A stretch of 64,000 nt of DNA from Candidatus Marinacidobacterium sp. (GTDB lineage Bacteria; Acidobacteriota; Vicinamibacteria; Marinacidobacterales; Marinacidobacteraceae): contig OZ242011.1 of the NCBI GenBank assembly GCA_965204755.1, positions 3,168,001 through 3,232,000 of the forward strand, given 5' to 3'. Below the pieces are notes generated by a model, which saw only the letters and a list, made by a program, of their open reading frames with translations, ran no database searches and had not been told where the DNA came from. The first letter of the stretch is position 1. Each line of letters opens with the position of its first letter. Of the stretch, positions 20,155 to 31,547 are shown piece by piece. A program made the position numbers and the translations under genes.

Positions 20155-20204
20155 CCGGAGCCGGGAACGGCCGCCGGGGCTCGCGCCCGGCGAGCGGGAG
20201 GCGG

Positions 20205-21551
20205 GTGGCGCTGGTCACGCTGGGATGCGCCAAGAACCTGCTCGACAGCGAGGTCATGGCCGGCGTCCTCGCCCGGCGCGGTTACACCCTCACGACCGAG
20301 CCGGCGGAGGCGGACGCGGTGCTGGTGAACACCTGCGGGTTCATCGGCCCGGCGAAAGAGGAGGGCGTGAACACCATCCTCGACCTGGCGCGCTACCGGC
20401 GCGACGGGAAGTGCCGGCAACTCGTGGTCGCCGGCTGCCTCGCGCAGCGCTACGCCGCCGACCTGTCCCGCGAGATCCCGGAAATCGACCGGATCGTGGG
20501 GCTGGATGAAGTGGCCCGGATCGCCGACATCCTGGATCCGCCCCCGGAGACCGCCGGCCCCCGGCCCCCGCCGCTCACCGCCGACGGCAGCGTCACCTGG
20601 CTCTACGACCACGAGACTCCCCGGCTCCGCTCCACGCCGCCCCACACCGCCTACCTCAAGGTGGCCGAGGGCTGCGACTACCCCTGCACCTTCTGCGTGA
20701 TCCCGCAGATCCGCGGCCGGTTCCGCAGCCGGGATCCGGAGTCGGTCCTGGCCGAGGCGGAAGCGCTCGCCGCCGAAGGGGCGAAGGAACTCGTGCTGGT
20801 GGCGCAGGACACCACCGCCTACGGGACCGACCTGGGTCTGCGCCACGGGCTGGCGACGCTGCTCCGCCGCCTGGCCGGGGTGCCGGGCGTGCGCTGGGTG
20901 CGGTTCCTCTACGCCTACCCCACCACCCTCGACGACCGGGTGCTCGAGGCGATGGCGGAAGTGCCGGAAGTCTGCCGCTATGTGGACATCCCGCTGCAGC
21001 ACGCCTCCCGCCGCATCCTCCGGGACATGCGCCGGCCGGGGAACCGGAAGAGCAACGAGCGGCTGTTGCGGCGGATCCGGGAGGCGGCGCCGGGGGCGGC
21101 CATCCGCAGCACCTTCATCGTCGGCTTCCCCGGCGAGACCGAGAGCGACTTCGAGGAGTTGTACGAGTTCGTCGCCGAGGCCGAGTTCGACGCGATGGGC
21201 GCGTTCCTCTACTCCAACGAGGAGTCGGCGGCCTCCTTCGTCCAGGTCGAGACGGTTTCGGAGGAGGAGAAGGAAGAGCGCCGCGCCCGGTTGATGGCGC
21301 TCCAGGAGGGAATCGCGCTGCGCCGCCACCGGGACGCGGTGGGCGAGGTCGTCCCGGTGCTGGTGGACGGCCCCCCGGAGGAGAGCGATCTCCTGCTCGC
21401 CGGGCGGACGGAGGGGCAGGCGCCGGAGGTGGACGCCCGCGTCCTCATCGTGGACGGCGAAGCCCCGGTGGGCGAGTTCTGCGAAGTGCGGATCACCGAA
21501 GGCCACGCCGCCGACCTGGTCGGCGTCTCCCTCGGCCCCACCGGGCGCTGA
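20205..21551 (+). CDS. rimO: Ribosomal protein S12 methylthiotransferase RimO
   Basis: LGCAKNLLDSE, NTCGFI, radical SAM EGCDYPCTFC, FIVGFPGET, TRAM domain APEVD; start could also be GTG 19914 or CTG 20151. Confidence 0.93.
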   Translation: MALVTLGCAKNLLDSEVMAGVLARRGYTLTTEPAEADAVLVNTCGFIGPAKEEGVNTILDLARYRRDGKCRQLVVAGCLAQRYAADLSREIPEIDRIVGLDEVARIADILDPPPETAGPRPPPLTADGSVTWLYDHETPRLRSTPPHTAYLKVAEGCDYPCTFCVIPQIRGRFRSRDPESVLAEAEALAAEGAKELVLVAQDTTAYGTDLGLRHGLATLLRRLAGVPGVRWVRFLYAYPTTLDDRVLEAMAEVPEVCRYVDIPLQHASRRILRDMRRPGNRKSNERLLRRIREAAPGAAIRSTFIVGFPGETESDFEELYEFVAEAEFDAMGAFLYSNEESAASFVQVETVSEEEKEERRARLMALQEGIALRRHRDAVGEVVPVLVDGPPEESDLLLAGRTEGQAPEVDARVLIVDGEAPVGEFCEVRITEGHAADLVGVSLGPTGR

Positions 21552-21597
21552 ACCCCGGGCGCTGAACCCCGGGCGCCGGACCCCGGGCGCCGGGGCC
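21541..21597. repeat. 14-bp tandem repeat CCGGGCGCTGAACC x~4 over the rimO stop
   Basis: Two exact copies (21541, 21555) and two variant copies. Confidence 0.75.
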
Positions 21598-21631
21598 CCG
21601 CTTGTCCGCCGCCCCGCGGGGCGGCCCCCGC

Positions 21632-21690
21632 TGCTATCATTGCCCGTTCGCTTGCGGGCCGGAGGAAAGGCCGCAAGCCGTCCTTTTTCG
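21632..21690 (+). promoter_or_regulatory. Extended -10 (TGcTATCAT) and hairpin+U-tract, possible rimP leader/attenuator
   Basis: TATCAT 21635-21640, followed by AGGAAAGGC-CGCAA-GCCGTCCT-TTTT upstream of rimP-nusA-infB. Confidence 0.45.
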
Positions 21691-21747
21691 CCCGTCGCGC
21701 CCGGGGGTGCGGCGGGTTTTTCCGAACCTACCCACGAGGCTCCAGGT

Positions 21748-22455
21748 ATTCCAGACCCATCACCGCCGCCGCATCCGCCCGGCGGATCGGCCGACCTCGA
21801 AGCGCGCATCCGGCGCCTCGCGGGACGGGCGGCGGCGAGCGTCGGAGTTCGACTCGCATGGACGGAAATCAAGGGTTCGCGGGGGAACCGGCGCGTCCGC
21901 GTCTTCATCGAGCGCCCCGACGACGCCGTGGGACTCGGGGACTGCGAGCGGATGAACGAGCGCCTTTCCGCGCTCTGCGATCTCGAAGATCCGATCCCCG
22001 GCTCGTGGACTCTCGAAGTGAGCACCCCGGGGCTGGATCGGCCGCTGTTCTCTCTCGACGAGTGCCGCCGCTTCGTCGGACGCCGCGTTACGGTGCGGCA
22101 CTTGGAGGGGGATCGGCCGAAGGCGGTGACCGGGACCCTCTCCGCGGTGGAGGAGGGGGCGATCCGTCTCACGGCGGGGAACCCGGCCCGGCGAGCCTCC
22201 CCACCGAACTCCCCGCCGGACTCGCAGAAGACCTCGGGATCGCGACGCCAACCGCCGAAGGAGTCCCCGTGGGAGTCCCGGATCGAGTGGAGCCGGGTCC
22301 AGCGGGCGAAACTCGCCCCCGACTTCGACGCTCTCCTGCGCGGGACGCGCGGGGCGCCGGGCGCCGGCGCCGCCGCCCGGAACCCCGAACGGGCGCCCGG
22401 AGGGACGGCGCGCCCCGGAAGCGAACCCGCCCCCGCCGGCCGGAGCCGAGCCTGA
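21748..22455 (+). CDS. rimP: Ribosome maturation factor RimP (start uncertain)
   Basis: VRVFIERPD..LGDCE..LSALCD..DPIPGSWTLEVSTPGLDRPL..RFVG; first gene before nusA; ATT 21748 or TTG 21640 are the candidate starts. Confidence 0.88.
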   Translation: MPDPSPPPHPPGGSADLEARIRRLAGRAAASVGVRLAWTEIKGSRGNRRVRVFIERPDDAVGLGDCERMNERLSALCDLEDPIPGSWTLEVSTPGLDRPLFSLDECRRFVGRRVTVRHLEGDRPKAVTGTLSAVEEGAIRLTAGNPARRASPPNSPPDSQKTSGSRRQPPKESPWESRIEWSRVQRAKLAPDFDALLRGTRGAPGAGAAARNPERAPGGTARPGSEPAPAGRSRA

Positions 22456-23999
22456 TGGAAGCCATCGAGGAACTGTCGGCGACCGTGGCCCGCGCCGAAG
22501 TGATCGCCGGCGTCGAGCAGGCCGCCTCGCTGGCGGCCTCGCAGTCCGCCGGCCGGACGCTGTCCGTCCGCCTCGATCCGGACCGCGGGACCCTCGAGTG
22601 CTTCGCTTCGAAACGGGTCGTGGAGGAAGTGGGCGACCCGGAGACGGAGGTGCTCCTCTCCGCCTCTCCGGAGGGTTCCGAGCCCGGCGACCTGGTGGAC
22701 TTGCCCGCGCCGCTCGGCGCCGCCGCCCGGAGCGCGGTCCGCGCCGGCCGGGAAGTGCTCGCCTCGCGTCTCCGGGGAGCGAAGTCCATGGTGCTCGCCG
22801 GGCGTTACCGGGATCGCATCGGGAAACTGGAGACGGCCACGGTGAAACGCCGCGAAGGCGCGGACCTCATCGTGGACCTGGGCTCGGTGGAGGGGCGCAT
22901 TCCGGCGAGCGAGCAGAGCCGCCACGAAGTCTTCAACCTGGAAGACACGGTGCGCGCGTCGGTGCTCGCCGTCGAAGCCGACGAGCCGCCGGTGGTCCTC
23001 TCGCGGATCCGTCCGGAACTGCTCGCCGGGGTGATCGAACGCGAGACGCCGGAAGTGCGGCAGGGTTCGGTCGAGGTGAAGGCGACCGCGCGCCGGCCGG
23101 GGATTCGGGCGAAGGCGGCGGTCTGGTCGGACACGGTCGGCGTGAATCCGGTGGCGGCCTGCCTCGGCCCCGGCGGCGCCCGCATCCGGGCGGTCAGCCG
23201 GGAGTTGCGGGGCGAACGGGTGGATGTGGTCCTCTGGAGCCGGTCGCCGGAGCGCTTCGCCAGGAACGCCCTGCAGCCGGCGGAGATCCTGGGGGTGCGC
23301 CCGGCCCGGCCGGGGGAGATGCCGCAGCGGCCTACGGGCGGGCCCGGTCGCCGCGATGCCCGGGGCGGCCCGCGCCGCCGGGACTCCCGGGACCGGGACT
23401 ATCGGGACGGGGAGCGGCGTCGCCCCGCGAGCCCGCGGGGCGACGGCCGGGGCCGGAGGTCCGACGGGCGTGACGCGACTCCCGACGGCCTGGTGGTTAC
23501 GGTGTCGGCGGAGGAACTCCCCCGGGCGCTCGGCAAGCGCGGCCAGAATGTGCGGCTCGCCTCCGAGTTGATCGGCATCCCGATCGAAGTGGTGGCCGAG
23601 GGCGAAACGCCGGGAACCCGCGGCGGGAGTCGGGATCGCGGCGATTCCCGCTCCCGCGACAACCGGGACCGGAGCGGCGGCCGCCGGCCGCGCTACGGCG
23701 GCCGGCCGGACCGAAACGACCGGCCGGACCGAAACGACCGGCCGGCCCGGGACGACCGGCCGGCCCGAAACTACCGGCCGGCCCGAAGCGACCGGCCCGA
23801 CCGATCGGATCGTCCCGACCGATCGGACCGGCCCCATCGACCGTATCGGGGCCGCCCCGCGCCCTCCGGCGACTACCGCGACCGGGGGCCTCGGCGCCGC
23901 CCGCCCGGCGGGAGACCGCCCCGGCCCCGGAGGGACCGGGAGCCGGAGGCCGCCCCTCCGCCCCCGCCGGACGAGTTCGAACCGGAAGGGGATCGCTAG
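22455..23999 (+). CDS. nusA: Transcription factor NusA, divergent, with R/D/G/P-rich insertions
   Basis: S1 (LIVDLGSVEG..LSR), KH1 (ARRPGIRAKAAV..ACLGPGGARIRAVSRELRGERVDVV), KH2 (ALGKRGQNVRLASEL); operon context. Confidence 0.9.
   Translation: MEAIEELSATVARAEVIAGVEQAASLAASQSAGRTLSVRLDPDRGTLECFASKRVVEEVGDPETEVLLSASPEGSEPGDLVDLPAPLGAAARSAVRAGREVLASRLRGAKSMVLAGRYRDRIGKLETATVKRREGADLIVDLGSVEGRIPASEQSRHEVFNLEDTVRASVLAVEADEPPVVLSRIRPELLAGVIERETPEVRQGSVEVKATARRPGIRAKAAVWSDTVGVNPVAACLGPGGARIRAVSRELRGERVDVVLWSRSPERFARNALQPAEILGVRPARPGEMPQRPTGGPGRRDARGGPRRRDSRDRDYRDGERRRPASPRGDGRGRRSDGRDATPDGLVVTVSAEELPRALGKRGQNVRLASELIGIPIEVVAEGETPGTRGGSRDRGDSRSRDNRDRSGGRRPRYGGRPDRNDRPDRNDRPARDDRPARNYRPARSDRPDRSDRPDRSDRPHRPYRGRPAPSGDYRDRGPRRRPPGGRPPRPRRDREPEAAPPPPPDEFEPEGDR
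23703..23843 (+). repeat. Coding 18-bp repeat (RPDRND-like hexapeptide, ~7-8 copies) in the nusA tail
   Basis: CGGCCGGACCGAAACGAC twice, then variant copies. Confidence 0.8.
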
Positions 24000-24002
24000 G
24001 TC

Positions 24003-26774
24003 ATGCCGACGGCGAACATCCGGGTCAGCGACCTCGCCAAGCAGGTGGGGATGGAGCCCGCCGAACTCCTCCCGGTCCTGCGCGACGACTTCGGCCACCG
24101 GGTCCGCACCGCCTCTTCCTCGATCCCGGCCACCGAGGCGCGCAAGGTCATCAACCGGCTGCGTCTCAAGAAGGCCCGGGCCTCGCGCGCCGACCGGGAC
24201 CGGAAGTCGGAGGCGCGGGAGAACATCCGGCGGCTCGACGCGCAGAAGGAACTCCGCGAGGCGGCGCAGGAGAAGGAGCGGGTCGAAGCCGAGCGGCGGG
24301 AACGCGAGGAGGCGGAACGCCGCGCCAAGGAGGAAGCGGAACGGCGGGCGCGCGAAGAGGAAGAGCGCCTCCGCCGCGAGGAGGAGGAGCGCGTCGCCGC
24401 CCGGCTCGCGGAAGAGGAAGCGGAACGCCGGCGCGCCGATGCCGCCGCGAAGGCCGCCGAGCGCGCGGCCGCCGCCCGGGAGGCAGAGGCGGCTGCCGCG
24501 GCCGCGGCCCGCGAGGCCGCGGAGCGGACCTCGGAAGCCGTGGAGCCGGCGGCGGCCGCGCCGGCGGCGGGCGGCGGCGCCCCTCGGGGCCGGCCCGAGC
24601 CGGCGGCGCCCCCTAAGTCCCGCCCGGCGCCTTCCCGTCCGATGCCCGCCGCCGCCGCTCCCGCGGCGCCGGCCGCTCCGCCGCCTCCGTCACCGCGCCG
24701 CCACGGAACCGCCAGCATCGCCGCCCCCACCGTCGCGGGCTTCCGGCCGGGCGCGACCGGACAGACGGTCACCATCGCCCGCCCCCCCGTCTCTCCCCGC
24801 CCGGTGAAGCGGCCGACCCCGCCGCGGCTGCGCCCGTCCCCGCCGCCGCTGCGCAGCGACCGGCAACTCAAACTGCGCAAGCCCGGCGGCCCGGGCAAGA
24901 AGTCGCGCCGATCGAGGGAACAGAAGCGCGCGGAACTCGGGGACCTCGGCGAGGGGCTGGAGAATGTCCTTCCGTCGGTCGTGCAGCGGGCGACCCGGGA
25001 ATACTCGACCGACGCCCGGGTGGAACTCGGCGAGGCGAACACCGTCCAGCAACTCGGCGAGGCCATGAAAATTCCCGGCTCCGAAGTCCTGAAGACGCTC
25101 CTTCAGGAGTACGGGATCCCCGCCACGATCAACCAGTCGCTCGACCGCGCCACCGCCGAGAAACTCGTTCTCGGCTTCGGCGGCTCGGTCGTCGAAGCCG
25201 CGGCGACGAACGGCCGCCGGGCCGAGCCGGAGGAGGACGCGGCGGTGGAGGCGGACCCGGACCTCGTGGAGCGGGCGCCGGTGGTCACCGTCATGGGTCA
25301 TGTGGATCACGGCAAGACCAGCCTGCTCGACGCGATCCGCGAGTCGCGGGTGGCCGCCGGCGAGGCGGGCGGCATCACCCAGCACATGAGCGCCTACCGG
25401 GTGGAGGCGAAGGGCCGGCCCATCGTCTTCCTGGACACGCCCGGCCACGAGGCGTTCACCCGGATGCGCGCCCGCGGCGCGGGGGTCACCGATGTGGTGA
25501 TCCTGGTGGTGGCCGCCGACGACGGCGTCAAGGAACAGACGCTCGAGGCGCTGAACCACGCCCGCGCCGCGAAGGTCCCCATCCTGGTCGCGGTGAACAA
25601 GATGGACCTCCCCGGTGCGGACCCCGACCAGGTGATGCGCCAACTGGCGGAACGCGGCGTGACGCCCGAGGATTGGGGCGGGGACACGGTCTTCTGCCGG
25701 GTCTCCGCGAAGACCCGGGACGGGCTCCCGGAACTCCTGCAGTTCGTGCTCGATGTCTCCGAACTCGAAGAACCGATGGCGAACCCCGACGGCGCGGCCG
25801 AAGGGGTGGTGCTCGAAGCCCGGAAGGACCGGGGCCGCGGCCCGGTGGCCCAACTCCTGATCCGGAACGGCACGCTCGCGGTCAAGGACCTGGTGGTGGC
25901 CGGTTCGGCGTGGGGGAAGGTGCGGGCGCTCCTCGACGAGGACGGCAAGCGGATGAAGGCCGCCCCTCCCTCGACGCCGGTGGAGGTGCTCGGGCTCTCC
26001 GAGGTGCCCCAGGTCGGCGACCGGTTCTTCGTCGAGCCGGACCGCGCCGAGGCTCGCCGGATCGCCGAGGAGAAGCAGAGCGCCGAGCGGCTGGAGGTCA
26101 TCGAGGGGCGGCGGCGGTTGACGCTGGGGAACCTGCACGCCCGGATGACCGGCGGCCTGAAGGAGTTGCCGGTCGTGGTGAAGGGCGATGTGGGCGGCTC
26201 GGTGGAGGCGGTCTGCGACGCGCTCTCCCGGCTCGGCGGAGACGAGGTGAAGGTGCGGGTGGTGCACGCCGCCGCCGGCGGGATCACCGAGAGCGATGTG
26301 GACCTCGCCGCCACCACGGATGCGGTGGTCGTGGCCTTCGGCGTCCGTCCGGAGCCCTCGGCGGAGCGCCTCGCCGAGCGCGAGGGCGTGGACATCCGCT
26401 CGCACACGGTGATCTACCACCTCACCGAGGAGATCGAGAAGGCGCTGGCGGGGCTCCTGGAGCCGGAGACCGAGGTCGTCGAACTGGGCCGGATCGAGGT
26501 CCGGAAGACCTTCTCCGTGCCCCGGGTGGGGGTCATCGCCGGTTCCTATGTCCTCTCCGGCGCGATCCCGCGAAGCGCCCGGCTCCGGCTGGTGCGCGAC
26601 AGCCGGGTGGTCCACGAAGGCCGCATCGGCAGCCTGCGGCGGTTCAAGGAGGATGTGGCGCAGGTGCGGGAAGGGTTCGAGTGCGGCGTGGGCATCGCCG
26701 GCTACAACGATGTGAAGATCGGGGATGTCATCGAGGCGTACCGGATCTCCCCGGTGAAGCCGCCGGCGAACTGA
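24003..26774 (+). CDS. infB: Translation initiation factor IF-2
   Basis: MGHVDHGKTSLLD, GGITQH, DTPGHEAF, NKMD, KGDVGGSVEA, SLRRFKEDV..GFECG. Confidence 0.98.
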   Translation: MPTANIRVSDLAKQVGMEPAELLPVLRDDFGHRVRTASSSIPATEARKVINRLRLKKARASRADRDRKSEARENIRRLDAQKELREAAQEKERVEAERREREEAERRAKEEAERRAREEEERLRREEEERVAARLAEEEAERRRADAAAKAAERAAAAREAEAAAAAAAREAAERTSEAVEPAAAAPAAGGGAPRGRPEPAAPPKSRPAPSRPMPAAAAPAAPAAPPPPSPRRHGTASIAAPTVAGFRPGATGQTVTIARPPVSPRPVKRPTPPRLRPSPPPLRSDRQLKLRKPGGPGKKSRRSREQKRAELGDLGEGLENVLPSVVQRATREYSTDARVELGEANTVQQLGEAMKIPGSEVLKTLLQEYGIPATINQSLDRATAEKLVLGFGGSVVEAAATNGRRAEPEEDAAVEADPDLVERAPVVTVMGHVDHGKTSLLDAIRESRVAAGEAGGITQHMSAYRVEAKGRPIVFLDTPGHEAFTRMRARGAGVTDVVILVVAADDGVKEQTLEALNHARAAKVPILVAVNKMDLPGADPDQVMRQLAERGVTPEDWGGDTVFCRVSAKTRDGLPELLQFVLDVSELEEPMANPDGAAEGVVLEARKDRGRGPVAQLLIRNGTLAVKDLVVAGSAWGKVRALLDEDGKRMKAAPPSTPVEVLGLSEVPQVGDRFFVEPDRAEARRIAEEKQSAERLEVIEGRRRLTLGNLHARMTGGLKELPVVVKGDVGGSVEAVCDALSRLGGDEVKVRVVHAAAGGITESDVDLAATTDAVVVAFGVRPEPSAERLAEREGVDIRSHTVIYHLTEEIEKALAGLLEPETEVVELGRIEVRKTFSVPRVGVIAGSYVLSGAIPRSARLRLVRDSRVVHEGRIGSLRRFKEDVAQVREGFECGVGIAGYNDVKIGDVIEAYRISPVKPPAN

Positions 26775-26785
26775 GGGAGCCGCCC

Positions 26786-27088
26786 GTGGCCGGCGCGCGC
26801 ATCGGCCTGCTGCGGCTGAGTGTGACCGTGGCGGGGGCGCGGTCCAAGAAAGACCGGCGGCGGGTGGTGCGGTCGCTGACCGATCGGCTGCGCGCCCGCT
26901 TCTCGGTGGCGGTCGCCGAGACCGGGGACCCGGAGTCGCTCCGGGAGGCGGAACTCTCCGTGGTCTCCGTCGGCCTCGGGACGGCGGTGGTGGCCCGGCG
27001 GCTGGAAGCGGCGCGGGCGTTCGCCTTCTCGGCGTTCCCGACCGAAGTGACCGACGGGGAAATCGAGTGGGCGGAGGTCCTCCCTTGA
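26786..27088 (+). CDS. DUF503 (YlxP-like) protein
   Basis: GARSKKDRRRVVRSLTDRLRARFSVAVAE; usual position between infB and rbfA. Confidence 0.82.
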   Translation: MAGARIGLLRLSVTVAGARSKKDRRRVVRSLTDRLRARFSVAVAETGDPESLREAELSVVSVGLGTAVVARRLEAARAFAFSAFPTEVTDGEIEWAEVLP

Positions 27089-27621
27089 GACGGTCGGGGC
27101 GGGGCGCCCCGCCCGGTCGTCCGGCGGGTTCGGGGCGCGACGAGGGGCGGCGGGAGCGCGTCGCCGAACGGGTCCGCCAGGAGGTCGCCGGGATCCTGCG
27201 TTTCGACCTCGCCGACCCCCGGGTGGCGCGGGCGACCGTGACCCGGGTGGAAATGAGCCGCGACCTGGGGCTGGCGCGGGTCTATGTCTCGGTGCTCGGC
27301 GGCGAAGAGCAGCAGAAGGAGACGCTCTCCACGCTGCGCCGGGCCGGCGGGCGGGTGCGTTCGCTCCTCGGCGGACGGGTGCGGCTGCGGGCCACTCCCG
27401 AAGTGCGCTTCGTCTTCGACCCGTCGGTGGAGTTCGGGATCCGCCTGGAGGAAATCCTCGAAGCCGAGCGGGCCCGCTCGCCGGCGGAGGCCCCGGAGGG
27501 CGGCGAGGCCCCGGGGGAAGCCGCACCGGAAGCGGCCGACAGCGCGGACGGCCCAACCGGCCCAGCCGGCCCAACCGGGCCGCCGGGGCAGGCGGGGACC
27601 CCGGAGGAGGGGAACTCCTGA
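27085..27621 (+). CDS. rbfA: 30S ribosome-binding factor RbfA
   Basis: TTGA-coupled; RRERVAERVRQEVA, DPRV..TVTRVEMSRDL..ARVYVS, LRATPEVRFVFDPSVE. Confidence 0.93.
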   Translation: MRRSGRGAPPGRPAGSGRDEGRRERVAERVRQEVAGILRFDLADPRVARATVTRVEMSRDLGLARVYVSVLGGEEQQKETLSTLRRAGGRVRSLLGGRVRLRATPEVRFVFDPSVEFGIRLEEILEAERARSPAEAPEGGEAPGEAAPEAADSADGPTGPAGPTGPPGQAGTPEEGNS

Positions 27622-28625
27622 CCGCCCGTGGAGCGAGCCCCGAAGGGATCGCCCCGCGGGAAGACCGAACCCGCGCCTCCGGTCTTCCGGTCGGGAAGGG
27701 GACGGCGGGGCGCTCTCCCCACGGGCTGCTCCTTCTCGACAAGGACGAGGGGATCTCTTCGTTCCGCGCCGTCCGCCGCGTGCGCGCGCTGCTCGGCGGC
27801 GCCCGCTGCGGGCACGCCGGCGCCCTCGACCCCTTCGCCACCGGCCTGCTGCCGGTCGGGGTGGGCCGGGCGACCCGCCTCCTCCGCTTCGTCGGCGCGG
27901 GCCGCAAGCGGTACCGGGCCGCGGTCCGGTTCGGGCAGGCGACGGACACCGACGACCGCTGCGGCGCGCCGCTCGGGACGGCTCACCCGCCTCCGGGCGA
28001 GGCCGAAGTCCGCGCCGCGCTGCCGGGGTTCGTCGGCGAAATCGCCCAGCGGCCCCCGGCCTACTCGGCGAAACATGTGGACGGGCAGCGCGCCTACCGG
28101 CTGGCCCGCGCCGGCCGGCCGCCCGACCTGCCGCCGGTCCCGGTCCGGGTGTACGCGTTGGAACTCGTCCGCTTCGGGGACGGCGAGGCGGAACTCCGCT
28201 GCGAGGTCGGCCCCGGCGTCTATGTCCGGGCGTTGGCGCGCGACCTGGGCGACCGCCTGGGCTGCGGCGGGCACCTCTCCGCGCTCCGCCGCGCGGCGGT
28301 GGGCCCGTTCTCGGTGGAAGACGCGATCCGTCTGCCGGCCCTGCAGCGGGCCGGGCCGGAAGCCGCGCCGCTCCTCGACCCGCTCGCGGCCCTCGCCGGT
28401 ATGGAACGCCTGGTCGTCGAGGGCGAAGCGCTCGTCCGCCTCCGAAGCGGCCGCGCCGTCCCGTTCGACGAAGCCTCCCCGCCGCCGGGCGAGGCCGGCC
28501 CGAGCCGGCCGCGCGCCGCGGTGCGCCGTCGGTTCGACGAAGAGGGGGAAGGTTTCGCCCTGGTGGCGGTCGTCACCGCGGTCGAGGGCGCCTGGCGGCC
28601 GCTCGTGGTTTGGGAGACCGGCTGA
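27618..28625 (+). CDS. truB: tRNA pseudouridine(55) synthase TruB
   Basis: GLLLLDKDEGISSF, GHAGALDPFATGLL, QRPPAYSAKHVDGQRAY, GVYVRALARDLG; frame is open back to CTG 27618, which overlaps the rbfA stop. Confidence 0.92.
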   Translation: MTARGASPEGIAPREDRTRASGLPVGKGTAGRSPHGLLLLDKDEGISSFRAVRRVRALLGGARCGHAGALDPFATGLLPVGVGRATRLLRFVGAGRKRYRAAVRFGQATDTDDRCGAPLGTAHPPPGEAEVRAALPGFVGEIAQRPPAYSAKHVDGQRAYRLARAGRPPDLPPVPVRVYALELVRFGDGEAELRCEVGPGVYVRALARDLGDRLGCGGHLSALRRAAVGPFSVEDAIRLPALQRAGPEAAPLLDPLAALAGMERLVVEGEALVRLRSGRAVPFDEASPPPGEAGPSRPRAAVRRRFDEEGEGFALVAVVTAVEGAWRPLVVWETG

Positions 28626-28821
28626 CGACCGTCTCCGGCGGGCGGCTGTGTTAGGGTTCCCCGGTCAGCAGAAAGCCGACGCGGAAAACTCTGAGCGGAC
28701 GGGCGCCTCGTCGAGGGCGTCCCGAAAACGGCGGAAGCGGATTTCGTAACGGCAGGATCCCGAGGGGCAACGACCGAAGACCGCGGCCGGCCATCCCTCC
28801 CGCCCACAGGAAACGAACCCA

Positions 28822-29091
28822 TTGGCACTGAACCCAGAGAAGAAACAGCAGATCATCGAGAAGTTCCGGCGTCATGACACGGACGCCGGGTCGCCGGAGG
28901 TTCAGGCGGCGCTGCTCACCGCCCGGATCACCGGTCTCGCCGGCCACTTCGGCGAGCACGCGAAGGACCATCACTCGCGCCGCGGCCTGTTGAAGATGGT
29001 GAGTCGGCGGCGGCGGCTGCTCGACTACCTGCGGCGCAAGGATGTGGGCCGTTACCGCGAACTGATCGCGGAACTCGGCCTCCGGAAGTAG
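28822..29091 (+). CDS. rpsO: 30S ribosomal protein S15
   Basis: [39 protein letters not shown]. Confidence 0.97.
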   Translation: MALNPEKKQQIIEKFRRHDTDAGSPEVQAALLTARITGLAGHFGEHAKDHHSRRGLLKMVSRRRRLLDYLRRKDVGRYRELIAELGLRK

Positions 29092-29324
29092 TTTCCGGTC
29101 CGCCCGAGCCCGCCCTCCGTCCGTTTGGCCCCCGAGCCTCACGGCTGACGCCCTCCACCGAATAGCCTCGACGGCTAGCCCTTTTCGCGAACGACCCGAC
29201 CGACTGCAGCGAGCGAACGAGCGCGAGACCACCCCATCGCCCGCCCCCCCGGCGAACCCCGGGAGCAGCGGGCCCCTGACCAGACGGCAAACCTGAACCG
29301 ACAGGAAAGACGAGGAAAACGAGA

Positions 29325-31493
<2,169 letters not shown>

Positions 31494-31508
31494 CCGGCCG
31501 CACTCTCT

Positions 31509-31547
31509 GCCCGGGCGGCGGCGCCGGGACGCGCCGCCGCTCCGGGC
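31509..31547. terminator. GC-rich hairpin between convergent pnp and purC
   Basis: GCGGCGGCGC (31515-24) pairs with GCGCCGCCGC (31531-40), with a flanking extension; no U-tract. Confidence 0.4.

Noticed and set aside
19899-24098. 1399-aa minus-strand ORF and other long antisense or alternate-frame ORFs (e.g. 13646-16264, 29175-31295, 59485-61227)
   Set aside because: Shadows of real genes in stop-poor GC-rich DNA; Arg/Gly/Pro-rich with no motifs
24250-24900. Glu/Arg/Ala and Pro-rich repeats in the IF-2 N-terminus
   Set aside because: Common, expected low-complexity region of IF-2
27628-27780. truB as a frameshifted pseudogene starting at GTG 27628
   Set aside because: The truB frame itself is open back to CTG 27618, so no frameshift is required, although one cannot be excluded
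28660-28820. S15 autoregulatory leader RNA
   Set aside because: Hairpins are present and plausible by position, but I cannot match a defined family by eye
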